From: the human T2T-CHM13v2.0 reference genome, Homo sapiens
Strand: one strand, 5' to 3'
Length of the DNA stretch: 64,000 nt
Assembly: GCF_009914755.1 (NCBI RefSeq)
Contig: NC_060942.1
The notes below the pieces were generated by a model, which worked only from the letters and a program-made list of their open reading frames with translations, did no database searches and was not told where the DNA came from. The translations under genes and the position numbers were made by a program. Positions 14,270 through 27,603 of this stretch are shown here, piece by piece (positions within the stretch are counted from its first letter, which is position 1; the number at the start of each line of letters is the position of its first letter).

Positions 14270-15900
14270 AAACATTTTAAACATAACTAAAGAACACAAA
14301 AGTGCACTGAGCAAAAAAGAAAAACATACGTCCCTACACAGGAAGATACCATCATAGAGGTATTAACTCTACCAAATTTATATATTTGATGCAATCTCAA
14401 TAAAAATAAATGTTTTAAAAATCCAGGTATTAGTCCAAATACTGTAATAAGCCAAAACAAATAAGTATGACCAGAAAATTCTAACAAATAGTAAAGACCT
14501 GTCCTACCAGATTCTGAAGCACATAATAAATTCTCAATAATTAAAACAGTATGCAATTAGTAAAAGAATACACAAAACAGAATGGAGGTTCTAATTCCAG
14601 TAATGGCAGAGCAGCCTCAATTAGGCTAACTTTCCTTCATATAACAATGATAAACTCTGAACAAAATAATCAACTATTTGAAAATAGCAGACACAGATCA
14701 AAAACAGACAAAAGCTGAAGGGAGGTCCAACTGTCAAAGCTGCAAACTGTACTGGATGAGAGCTGCATTTCTGTGGCTGTGTACCCAAGGGCACTCCCCA
14801 GCCACAGCTAGGCAGGGCAACTAGAATTCAAACAGAACACTGCAGGGGGGTTGTTTTTAGAAAACTGCAGTTTTACTGACCTAGAATCAGAGGACACATT
14901 TGGGGCTGCCAGAGAGTTTGAAAAAAGAAGGAAGATACCCTGTAAAGAAAGAGGCACAAGGGAAAAACATCAACAATGTGACTGTGAACTCTGCCCAAAC
15001 TCAACTTTGCTCAAAGATATTTTTTAAAAGCTAAGTATATAGAGATACAGCATATTCACAGATGAGTCAATATTAAGATGTCCATCTGACCTAATTCCCT
15101 AATGATTGTTGCCTATTTGTTTTATATCTATTACAGTGACCATTTCAGCAAAAATATTTTTGTAGCAACTGACAAGCTGATATAAAATGTATATGGAAAT
15201 ACTAAGGATCTTGAATAGCAAAACAATCTTGAAAAAGAATTACTGACCCATGGATGAATCTTGGGAATATTCTGATCAAGAGAAGCTGAACACTAAAGTA
15301 TCTACACTGAATGACTCCACTTATACGAAGCTCTAGAAGTGGCAGAACAAATTCAAAGTGAAAAACAACAGTAATTGTTTCCAGAAGAACCGCTAGGAAA
15401 GAGTATGAAAGAACTTTCTGGATGATTGAAATTTCTTTATCTTAAAACACTGGTATATGCATTTGTTGAATCTAACTAAACTGAATATATGATTTGTGCA
15501 CTTCACCTATAAAAAATTTACCTGAAAAAAGGAAAAACACAAAAGAATGCAAAGAAAAGTAAAAACCAAAACAGAAAAAGTCCCAACAAAAAATTCATAG
15601 AACAATTTAGCATATGATGAAGGCACCCTATGAACTGATATGGAAAGGTCTAAAATATGCTACTCCCTGTATTAAAAAAGGACAGGTAAAAAGATCTGTA
15701 ATTACTCACTAATATATGCATAAAGACACACATACATCATGGACAGTAGTTACTTGAGGTGCAGAGTGGGAAGGGAGAGGTTCCAATGTATGTGTATATG
15801 CATGCTTGTATGTGTATACATACATAAACATACGTATTTTTGAGCCATGTGAATGTATATTGCCTTTCACCAAAATTGTAAAAATAAAACAGAAGAAAAT
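14270..15900 (+). mobile_element. Mosaic of old L1 fragments (ORF2, 5' and 3' pieces)
   Basis: Degenerate L1M-like motifs (gcaatctcaataaaaat; catggatgaatcttgggaatatt). Confidence 0.6.
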
Positions 15901-18900
15901 ATTGCCAGAGAATAAAATGCAAGTCAATGTCATCTTGACACTTCTATAAAAAGATATGGTTCTAAAACATTAGAGGCACATTACTTCCTATACTGCATCA
16001 TTTAAAGCGCAGTTTGGGCATTACTATAAGAGACAAATAATAACATGCCAGCCTGAGCCCTGATCATTCTTTTCTCACACAATGTCCTTTCTGTCTCACA
16101 TGAACCTTTGGTACCAATTTTCTTCCATGTGCAATTTATGTTAACTGCCCCTTCCTAGCCACCTTTTAACTTTACTACTAATTCTTTAATAAGTCTAACA
16201 AACGAGGTCAATTTTTAAGATGCCTTTGGTAGGTTTTAATGAGGCAGTTTTAATCACCCACTCTTCCTTAAAGATTCTGTCTAACCACAATGTATTTCCC
16301 AACAACACCCTGAGCTCCCAAAGCCCTTTGTGTACCACCCAGCAAACAACATATTTGGTGACCCAACTGGTATTTTCATAGTACAAAAGTGGATTATAAT
16401 ATTCCTTATCACATTAAATCATAACATCCTAAATAACACTGGGGAAAAACTGTATCTCCCAGGTTTTCATTTTGTTAATAAAAAGTGTAAGTTATAACTT
16501 CTAGGTATGGCCAGTTTCTAAAAAATATTAAAAGAAACAAATGCAGGAAAAATTTTAGAGAAGTAGCACTGATTATAACAACTATATAAAAAGCTTTTTA
16601 CACATTCAATAAATTTCACTAATCTAAGATTATCTACTTTAAAATGCAACATTATTTGTGTAACACTTGAAAATCCTCTTTCAATTTTATTTATAAGGGG
16701 CATCTCAAAGTGAAAAAAATGTGCATCTTACAAACAAATATTTAATGACAATTGTCTTCATAAGCTAGCTACTTTATATCAAGCACTGTGTAAGACTAAA
16801 TGGATTAGGGACCTCAAAGTAACCTGCAAGTTATGTAAAAATAGTATCCATCACCTATTAAATTGATGTTAATTGGAATTTTGTGGGTTATATAACTGAG
16901 TATAAATTTGTCTTTTGGTTAGCGTTAAGTTTGCACTTAAGTATGTTTCTATACATTTAAATAATATTAAAGGAAGTCCACAAGAAATGTCTGTACATTA
17001 CTCAAATGTGAAAAACAGAAACCTGTACAACATCAAGCTGTTTACAAAGTACTAAGGATAGAAAATAGGTCTGAAAATGTTAAACTAAGACTACTTGCTA
17101 TGTAAAATCAACATATCCTAAAGAGATTATTAAGTTATTATAACAATGATAGCAATATCCCAAACACATTGGCTCAACATTTCCTAAATTTATTTGACCA
17201 TCTAACTTCAGGATATTCTTAAAACTCTCATGTATTGAAAAATATCAGCAAAAATTGGTCTCATAAATTCTGCCTGAACAAATTTGATACTGTTTACTAA
17301 CAAATTAATGTGAAATATTACAATATGTTGAAATAAGATGTAGCAGACCATTAACTAACTACAATGATGTCCCTGCATCAATATACAGATGAACAAGCAT
17401 ACGTATGTTATCTCACGCAAAGTCCCAAAGTTCTTTGCATGGAACAGTTTCTTAAAGACAGATTATCCCCCATCAACTGTGTAATGTTCTTGCTTATATA
17501 TCTAGCTTAAATTAAAAAGAGGTGGGGAGGAGAGGCAAAACAGCTATTAAAGTCATAAACATACTAATATAGCAACTACCTTTGTTGGCATACAGTATAT
17601 TAATCACTAAACTAACAGGATGACTTGGTAATAAACCTAATAGAAATCCTTATCAAATTTCCCTAGTAATAACTTTTACAATAAGTATTTCAGTAAAACA
17701 CATCAAAGATTTTCTTCATCTAAGAATAAGCTGACTTTTGAAAACTGAAATTAAAATTTAATATCTAGTGTACAATTTACAAAGTATACACTCGCCTACA
17801 TATATACACATCTAAATTAACATTTTGCACTTTGTTCCAATTATCCAGATATTATGTTTGGTCAATTTACTACTTTTTTTGCGTTAAGGATATAGATATT
17901 TATTCACATCTTTGTTATGGAGAAAGAAAAGAGAAGCAGTGAAAATTAAGTTGAAGAAAACACTACCAACTTTGGGCAAAAGGTGGCTCGCATCACAGAA
18001 TCTGGTAACCCTTTAAACCAGTTTTACTGTTCCTACCATATCTGCAAGATTTACTGCTGCAGTTAGACAACCAATAACAAAAGTAATAAACCCCATTGTT
18101 TTACTAATTTATTATTTTTCATGATCTTCTTGCCTAAACAGTGTATTTTTTTTTTTTTTTAACAAATCAAAAGGGATAACAACCTAAGTTGCCACCTTGG
18201 TAAGATTAAAAGCATGCTGAACACTCAGTAAAATTAGTCAATTAGCAGAATATTATCAACAAAAGGAACTTTCCTAAGGCTCCAGCTCTTGATTACTGAT
18301 CTACTCATTTAATACAGACTTCTAGGGGAGTAATCTGTAACTATGCATCCATAATTATTTCTACTTAAAATAATCCTTTCATTTTTATATGTGACTTAAG
18401 ACTAAAAGTTTAGATTTAAACAGCTCAGGAATGAAGAGTTAATCACTGTAATAATTTTTTTAAGTCTCCATAATTACAAGTACTATGTGTGGCTGTATAT
18501 TTTATCTTGACTACAAATATAATTGAAAGACACAAAATAGATTGTAGTATTCAATTACAAATGTTTAAATGTCATTTATCACATCACTGAAAACAATGTG
18601 ACTACTTTGATTAAACTTAAATTTTTAATCAATGATTAAGAATGATAGCCTTTTATTTGCCTCAGAATCCAGTCTCTTCCCCATATTTTATTTGCAAAAT
18701 GTAGACAATCCTGATTGAGAAATAAGTAGGTGCAAATGATTTTTTAAGTTGCTGCATTACAGATGCAAAAAACTGTATCTCTTGAAAATTTGAGATATTC
18801 CTGAATAAAAATTGAAAATATAAAAGAAATATATTAAGAAATTTATTTCAAAAAGGTTGAATCATCAACAATAGCTAATAAGTGCTCACATTCCTTCATA

Positions 18901-19415
18901 ATTAAGGCATAATTGGGCAGTAATTAAATCTGGAGACAGTTTAACAGGGTCCTTAACTGGCTTAAACCTTCACTCTGTGTAGAAAATGTTTTTCGATTTT
19001 ATCTTGTAGCAATGAAATAGTAACCATTCAAAAACAAACAGTCACCAAATGTGCATTCCGGTATGTCAGGGTTTCATTCTAAGTTTCAAATCAGAACAGA
19101 GCATGTCTACATTCCAGATACCCAAGCTGTACAGAGCTCTAAGTAGAGCTCACCACACAATGGTGTGGTACTGTTATTTGTATAATTTTATAAGAACACA
19201 CATGAAACAGAATTTTAAAAAATAAACTAATACCAAGTCTTCCTAATCGGTAACATAGTAAGTCCAAATAATGTCCAGATATGTGAGGAATAGCTTTATT
19301 CCAAGGTCTTTGATGCTCATGTAATAAGTACAATTTTAACAACTAATTCTATTACAAAAGACTGCAGAAAGCTCTGTACAGCTGGATCCCTATACGTTCT
19401 TAAGAATCAAGCAAA

Positions 19416-19629
19416 CAGCCTGTGCAACAAAGTGAGACCCCATCTCTACAAAATAATTAAAAAATTAGCCAGGCATGGTGGCATGTGCCTGCAGTCCCAG
19501 CTATTTGGGAGGCTGAGGCAGGAGGATAGTTTGAGTTCAGGAGTTTCAGGCCACAGTGAGCTATGACGCACTACTGCACTCCAGCCTGGGTAACCGTGAG
19601 ATCCCATCTTAAAAAACAAAACAAAACGA
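19416..19629 (+). mobile_element. 5'-truncated AluJ-like
   Basis: Perfect 15-bp TSD AAGAATCAAGCAAAC (19402-19416, 19630-19644). Confidence 0.92.
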
Positions 19630-19921
19630 AAGAATCAAGCAAACTTTTGGAGAGGAATATCTCAGAAAAGAAAAACTCAACAGTTTCTAAGTATTTATTC
19701 CAACTTCTCAGATACTTCCATGAACAAGCTTTCCATCTTCTCCTGAGTTCTGTATGATAAAAAATTTCAAACATCCATTAAAGTTACGAGTAAGCACCCT
19801 ACACATTGATCAGCTAAATTCTGTAATTTGGATTTGTTTTCTTTTGCTCTCTCATGTATCTACTTAACCTCTCTATCCATCCCTTACTTTTTGGAACATT
19901 AAAAATAAGGGTGTATGTGGG

Positions 19922-20120
19922 CAGCCTGGGCAACATGGTGAAACCCCGTCTCTATCAAAAATACAAAATATTAGCTGGGTGTGCTGGTGCACACCTATGC
20001 TCCTAGTATTCAGGAGGCCGAGACTTGAGCCCAGTAGGTGGAGGCTGCAGTGAGACTGCACCACTGCACTCACTCCATCTTGAATGACAGAGCTAGACCC
20101 TGTCTCAGAGAGAAAAATAA
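19922..20120 (+). mobile_element. 5'-truncated, internally deleted Alu
   Basis: Begins CAGCCTGGGCAACATGGTGAAACCCC. Confidence 0.88.
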
Positions 20121-20475
20121 AAGCTGCAGATAACACAAATCTAGACACTTAAGAATGCACATAACTAGAGTTCGCTGTTCTTTTTTTCTTTAGGTTAAAT
20201 TTACACAGCATGAAACACACATCTTAATGGTACCATTTGAGTTTTCTCAGATGCATACATTGTACACTTCTCAACCCTGTCAAGATCATCACCCATGTCC
20301 ATTTCTCAATGTCTGGCATCCATGCGCTCATCCCCAGAGGCAACCACTAATCTGATCTTTTCACCATAGGTGTCGTGTCTTCTGGAAAGTCTATGTATGA
20401 ATGGAATATGGTACATATTCTTTTGGGTCTTTTTTGACTCAGCATGATTTTGAGATTCATCCATGTTAATGTATA

Positions 20476-20480
<5 letters not shown>

Positions 20481-20512
<32 letters not shown>
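20481..20512. repeat. (TG)16 microsatellite
   Basis: Read directly. Confidence 0.97.
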
Positions 20513-20513
<1 letters not shown>

Positions 20514-22853
20514 AGTCGTTTTCCATTACTTGAACAAGCATGATTTATTTAGTCATTCTTATACTGATAGACACCTGACCTGTTGCCAGGTTTTAATTAT
20601 TGTGAATAAAGTTGTCATGAACATTCAAGAAAGTACATATCATTATATAGAAATATGATTTCTTTTTTTCTCGGGTAAACACCTAGAAGTGAAAATCTTG
20701 AGTCAGTGGATAGATGCATGTTTAGCTTTTCAATAAATTGCCAGATCATTTTCCAGAGTACGATTTTACAGTCCTCCCTCTTTCAATGTATGAGAGAGAG
20801 CTCCTGGTTATTCCAAAGCCTCATCAACATTTGGTGTGGTCAGTCTTTAAATTATAGGTAGTCTGATGATTGTGCAGTGGTATTTCATTGTGGTTTCAAT
20901 TGTCATTTTCCTGAAGCCTACCGATATTACACATTTTTCCATTTCTTTACTGGACCTTTATCTTCAGTGAAGTAGCCAACTACTGTCCATTTTAAAATTA
21001 GGCTATCTTTACATTACTGAGTTATAGAAATCTTTATAAATTCTAGATTCAATCCTTTCAGAAATGTTTTGCAAATATTTTCTCCCACTCTGACTTATTT
21101 TTTAACAATGTATTTTAATAATATGTTTTGTATACCAATGGAGTCTAACTTAGCAGCTTTCATGGTCACTGCTTTCTATATACTTTGAACAATTCTCTGT
21201 TTACCCCCAAGTCATAAATATTCTCCTATATTTTCTTATAAAAGCTTTATAGTTTTAGCTTTAATTAGACTACAATTTATCCAGAAATATTTTGTTTTCA
21301 CTGGTGTAAGGTGGAGTCATGTTCATTCTTCCACATGGATATTCAGCTGTTCCAGCACCATTTGTTGAAAGACTTTCCTTTCCCTACTGGGTTGCTTTGG
21401 CAACTTTGTTGAAAATCATATAGGCACACAGTGTTTATCTATGTGGGGCTATCTTATCTGTTTTTATGTCAGTATCACACTATACAGATTACTATGGCTT
21501 CAAGGTGAGTCTTGAAGTCAGGGTAATTTAAGTACTCTAACTTATTACTGAGTTTTCCAATTCACAAGTGTATCCATCAGTTTACTGCATGGTAATTCCA
21601 ACATGTAGGTCTTCTAGGGTTGGTCTCCTCATTATAAAGGGTCACATTTTCTTTGTTCTTTGTATGTTAGGTAATTTAGGATTGTATGCTAGACATTGTG
21701 AATTTTATCTGATGGTAGTTAGAGGTTCTGTTACAATCTTCCAAAAGTCTTCATTTTTGTTTCACCAGACAACTAACCTGGTTGCATTCAAACCACAAAC
21801 TCTGTCCTGGAGCAATTCAAATCAGGCTGATTATCTGGCTGTACTGTCTACCGTACACATGTGGGATCAGCAGGTGATTTTGGCAAAGTTTGTAGGCAGA
21901 ATCCAGGGCTCTCTTTCTGAAACTCTCCTTGCTGATATTCACTCCTCACTCTCCAATAGTTGTGATTCTCCCAAGTCTTACCTATGGTGCTTCAAGGCCA
22001 GAAAGACTTGGTTTTGTGTTGGAATTTTACCTACCCTGCACACTTTGCATGGACAAAAGCTGTAAAACAGAAAATTCGCCTACGCCATTTCCTTCTTCCG
22101 AGTGTCAATCCCCTCTAAAACATGCCTATTTTTGTTTATTCTCCAGTACTTCATGTTATTTTTAGAATTTTGTGCAGTTTGTTATTGAGGGAGTGTCAGT
22201 CTGGTAAGAGCATACCTGGCCATATGAGAATCACAACTCCCTCTTCATTTGTTTAACTTCTCTCAGCAAGGTTTCAGCATTTTAAGCAGAGGTCATTGTG
22301 TGTGTGTGTTTAATGTATTCCTAAGTATTTAGTACTGATGCTACTATTCATGAATTTTCTTAACACCCCTATTTGTCTGCTGCTAGTATTTACAAAAATA
22401 CAATTGATTTTTAGACACTGAATCTATAAAGTGCAGCCTTGCTAAATTTACTCATTTGTTTTAGTGGCTATATTTATAGATTCTTTAGGATTTCCTACAT
22501 AAATAAGCATGTCATCTACAAACAGAATTTTGAAACATTCCTTCAGATCTTTAAACCTTTTATATTTTGTTTTCCTGACTCATTGCGCTTGCTAGGTCTT
22601 CTATTAAAATAATAAGGACACAAGAGTAGACATCCCTGTCTTGTTCTTGAGGGAAAACACAGTATTTCATGATTAAGTAAATCCTTAGCTGTTAGTGTTT
22701 CTTAAATACCTTTTATCAGACTGAGAAAGTCTCTTTGTTTCTCATTTGCTGGGAATGCTTATCATGAATGGATGATGAATTTTGTCAAATGCTTTTGACC
22801 AAGTGAGGTGATCTTATAGTTTCCCTCCTTGGTTAATGCAGTAAATTACATAG

Positions 22854-23169
22854 TTTTTTTGTTTGTTTGTTTGTTTTGCCCGACAGGGTCTTGCTCTGTC
22901 ACCCAAACTGGAGTGTGGTGGCGTGATCACTGCTCACTGCAGGTTCAACTTCCTGGGTCCAAGTAACCCTCCCACCTCAGCCTTCCAAATAACTGAAACC
23001 ACAGGAATGTACTACCACGCTTGGCTTTTTTTTTTTTTTTTTTTTTTTTTTGTGGAGACAGAGTCTTATGTTGCCTAGGCTGGTTTCAAACTCCTTAACT
23101 CTCAAGCAATCCTACTGCGTTGGCCTCCCAAAGTGCTGGGATTAGAGGCATAAGCCATCGCATCTGACC
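22854..23169 (-). mobile_element. AluJ-like with expanded middle A-tract
   Basis: Reverse Alu dimer with a long T run at about 23025-23052. Confidence 0.9.
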
Positions 23170-23175
23170 TGATTA

Positions 23176-23480
23176 ATTTTTCTTTTTTCGGGGGTGGGGG
23201 ACAAGGTCCCAATGTCTCATGCAGGCTGGAGTGCACTGGTGCAATCATAGCTCACTTCAGCCTTGAACCCCTGGGCTCGAGTGATCCTCCTGCCTCAGCC
23301 TCTGAGTAGCTGAAACCACAGGGGCATGCCACCATGCCTGGGTGGGTAATTTTATCTGTCTATAGAAATGGGGTCTTGCTTTGTTGACCAGGCTGGTCTT
23401 GAACTCCTAGGCTTAAGCAATCCTCCTGCCTTGGCCTCCCAAAGTGCTGGGATTACAGGTATGAGCCGCTGCGGCTGGCT
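23176..23480 (-). mobile_element. AluJ-like, tandem to the previous Alu
   Basis: Reverse Alu dimer. Confidence 0.9.
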
Positions 23481-24823
23481 TACACTGATTACTTTTTGAA
23501 AGTTATAAACTAACCTTGTTGGAATAGAACTCAATTATGATGTATTCTTTTCTCATGTATGTTAGTGATATATTAATCTTTAACTTTTCTTTTAGTTGCA
23601 TCTTTGTCAGGTTTTGGTTTCAGGGTTATGTGAGCCTCATAAAACAACATTTTTCTGAGTTTATTGTCTATAAGATTGGTGATATTTGTTGCACAAATGC
23701 TTAAATTTACCAGTAAAACCATGTGGGCCTGAAGTTTCCTTTGCAGGAAAGCTTTTGATTATGAAGTCAAATTCTTTCATTGTTATAGGGCTACCCAGAT
23801 CTTGTATTTCTTCATGCATCAGCTGGGGGTAACCTAAATTTCATCATTACAGTTAGTCATCAAATTTAATGGCATAAAATTGTTTATAATATTTGCTTAT
23901 AATCTTTTTACTGTCTGTAGGACCTACCATGACAATCCCTCTTTCAGTACCAATATAGGTCATTTGTGATTGTGGGCTCTCTGTCTTTTTCTTGATCAGT
24001 CTAACAAGCGTTTATCTCTCCAAAGAACTCGCTTTTGGCTTTCTGATTTCTACTCTTAATTTTATTATTTCTTCTTTCTACTTACTTTCTATTTTATCTT
24101 TTTAGGTAACTTTCTTTCCTAGCAGATTATTTAAAACTATAAAATTTTCCATTAGGCACTCTTTCAGCTACATCCCACATATGTGATATGCTGTATTTTC
24201 ATTATAATTTGGTTTGAAATATATTTTACCTCATTTTTCCCCTGAATAACCCATAAGTCAGAATTTTAAGGTTTAATTTCCAATTCTTAACAGATGTCTT
24301 ATTGGTATTAATTTCTTATTCTATTGGTGGCAGAGAACATACTTTGGATTTCAATCTTTTAAAATTGATTGAGACTTGTGCCCTGTAAACAGTCTTTCCT
24401 GGTGAAGTTACCATGAACACTTGAAACGCTTGTATTTCTACTCATGTTGGGTTTAGTATTCTATAAATATCACGTAGGTAGTTAATAATGTAACTTAATA
24501 ATGTAACTTAAAACTTCTATGTCTTTACTGATTTTTTTGTTCTAATTGAACTCTCCAATTGTGGATTTGTGATTCTGTCCCATTAATTCTACCCAGTTTT
24601 GCTGCATGTATTTTTAAGTTCCTTTATTAAGCAGATACAATTTATTGTTATGACTCCCTGATGTTGGTGATTTAGATATATCACTTTACAATCTTCTCTG
24701 TTGCTGATCACCTGTCATTTGTATGCTGCGTGCCATTTTTCACCAGCTGCTTTAAGATTCCCTCTTTCATGAGTTTGACCATGATATATCTAAGTGTGGT
24801 TTTCTTTTTATTTATCCTGTTTG

Positions 24824-25210
24824 TGTTGAATAAGAAATCCAACTCCATTTCTGATACTTGACTGCTGATAGGTTTCAAGCCCCACCATTTCCTCTTCCCC
24901 TTCTGCCTCGAATCTGGGCAAGCTGGTAAGAAAGCCCAGGTGCTCCACCTGTTGATATTAGAGAAATTTCAAACCAGGCAAGTCTCAGCATATGTACAGT
25001 GTAAAAACCAGCCCACAGCCCCATTCCCTAATCACCATAAAACCCCAAGCCAGTCTCCTATCACTGCTCTCTCAAGTCATTTTTGGACCAACTTGGAAGC
25101 CTGCCATGCTCTACTCAGACAGCATCATTATGTGAGTAATAAACCTTTTCATGCCCTCTTGGTGCATGTAATATAGGTGACATCATCAGTTTCACTTCAA
25201 AATCAAATTT
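24824..25210 (+). mobile_element. ERV-type solo LTR, family unresolved
   Basis: TG start, CATAAAA at 25036-25042 and AATAAA at 25138-25143 in LTR-like order. Abrupt compositional switch from the adjacent L1. Confidence 0.65.
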
Positions 25211-25242
25211 TATATATAAAATCCCATCCCACATATAGTTCA

Positions 25243-25410
25243 CACTTATTAAGCACCAACTATGTACCAAGCTCTTACACATATTAAACCGCTTAATCCT
25301 TCAACAGTGCCATGAATCAGGCACTGTTGTCCCCATTTGACAAATGAGGTAATGGAAACACAAAGTAACACGTCTAAGGTCCTACAGCCAGCAAGTGGAA
25401 GAGACAGAGG
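25243..25410 (-). mobile_element. MIR
   Basis: ttattaagcaccaactatgtacc ... ccccatttgacaaatgaggtaa ... aaggtcctacagc. Confidence 0.8.
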
Positions 25411-26033
25411 CCACATTTTTAATTATTAACATTATTCCGCCCCATATATAGTTACTAAAAAGAAACAAGTAATATAAACATAGCAAATCAAAGCTAAAAC
25501 AATAAAACTGGTATAATATCCCAGGTATGTAAAACATTTACACAACATGTTTAATTATAAAAACTGAAGATTTCACTGTAAGAGACATTTTCTCAGGAAA
25601 GAAAATTTCTTTGGACAAGTAAATTGAGAAAGCCCCTTCCAAATTAAAATAAGCAGCTTAGGTTTCCAAATATTAATAACTAAATAAAAAATAGGCGGAG
25701 ACAACAGAACTTCCATAATCACACTCCTGTAAGTCACACAGTCCTATAAGAATAAAATTGACACTTCTACTCATCTTTGATATAGTATAGCCTTTCTTAG
25801 AAGAAGGACCAGGTGATGATTGAAAAAAACTTTCTCAATATTTTCCACCTCCACCTCCAAATGCTGTTATTAAAAACTCTACTCTGAGATACCGTTTGAT
25901 ATTTCTGCTGCCCCTGAAAAAACAAAGTATCTCCCACACACAAAATAGTCTCTACTACTGAAAAGATTTAAATATCAATTCTAAAAATGGTTGAAGTATT
26001 TCAAGCCCTTCCAAATACAAACTTTTTACTTAA

Positions 26034-26447
<414 letters not shown>

Positions 26448-26562
26448 AATATATACTGTTTTTAACAATTAAAAAGAAAAATAGTAACATAAATGACAAA
26501 ATAAATATAAAATATAAGTACATGTTATTCTAATCTTAAAATAAGTGCATAAAATCTGGAAT

Positions 26563-27082
26563 ACATGGTTGGTCTCTGTATATGTGGGCTCCACATCCAT
26601 GGACAGAAAATACTAGAGGAAAAACTAGATAAAATAACAATACAACAATGAAGAATACAGGCTGGGCATGGTGACTCACGCTTGTAATCCCAGCACTTTG
26701 GGAGGCTGAGGCAGGCAGATCGCTTGAGCCCAGGAGTTCGAGATCAGACTAGGCAACATGATGAAACCCTGTCTCTACCAAAAATACAAAAATTAGCCTA
26801 GCATGGTGGCACACAATTGTAATCCCAGGTATTCAAGAGGCTGAGGTGGGAGGATCACCGGAGCCCAGGAAGCAGAGGTTGCAGTAAGCCAACACTGCAC
26901 TACTGCACTCCAGCCTGGACGACAGAGCCAGACGCTGTCTCCCCACTGCCTCCAAAACAAAGTATATGGTGGGGGATGTACATAGGTTATATGCGAATAC
27001 TATGCCATTTTATATAAGAGACTTGAGCGTCTCCAAATTTTGGAGATATGGGGTATCCCAAGGATACCAAGGGATGACTTTA
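26563..27082 (-). mobile_element. MER2-type MITE interrupted by Alu
   Basis: gtgggctccacatccatgga ... cataggttatatgcgaatactatgccattttatataagagacttgagc ... ggataccaagggatgact. Confidence 0.78.
26660..26942 (+). mobile_element. AluJb-like
   Basis: Full dimer with gatcgcttgagcccaggagttcg. Confidence 0.92.
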
Positions 27083-27550
27083 CATCAACCATAAAACAAT
27101 GATTACAATACAGAATGTGATTCCATGAAATTCAACTTTTTAAGTTATACAGTTTTATAATGCTTGACTTTGATTGTAAAAGTTTTTATAATCTGACAAT
27201 TTTTGACAATTAGCATCCCACAAAATAAAAATCAACTCAAATCTGTATAGCACTCTGAATGTGATAAACTGCTTTTATGCATAGAGGTTATGTTTAGATA
27301 ACATGTTAAAATGTTTAGGCAAATGTTTAAGCACATAGATTAATGTTTTATACCTGTGGATGCAAATTATATAAGGCATCATATAAAAATTACAGGAAAA
27401 CCCTTTTAAATTACTTAACTTCATTATAAATTTGTGTTCAGTATCTCTCAATGTCCCTATCATCCTAAACATAAATATAAAACCTTCTTTCATTGCCCCC
27501 AAACCCCGTTGTCCTAGCAAATTTCAGAGAAACTATATCTATATCTATCC

Positions 27551-27602
<52 letters not shown>
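27551..27602. repeat. (ATCT)13 tetranucleotide STR
   Basis: Read directly, with imperfect units upstream. Confidence 0.97.

Positions 27603-27603
<1 letters not shown>

Larger units (their letters stand above)
20185..24823 (-). mobile_element. Old L1 (L1MC/MD-like), 3' end through ORF2, fragmented
   Basis: T-rich with L1 antisense motifs (ccagcaccatttgttgaaa; gaattttgtcaaatgctttt; cagtaaaaccatgtgggcctg). Confidence 0.8.

Noticed and set aside
21568-22065. Longest non-SMAD ORF (165 aa)
   Set aside because: GTG start, lies in L1-derived sequence, no recognisable domain.
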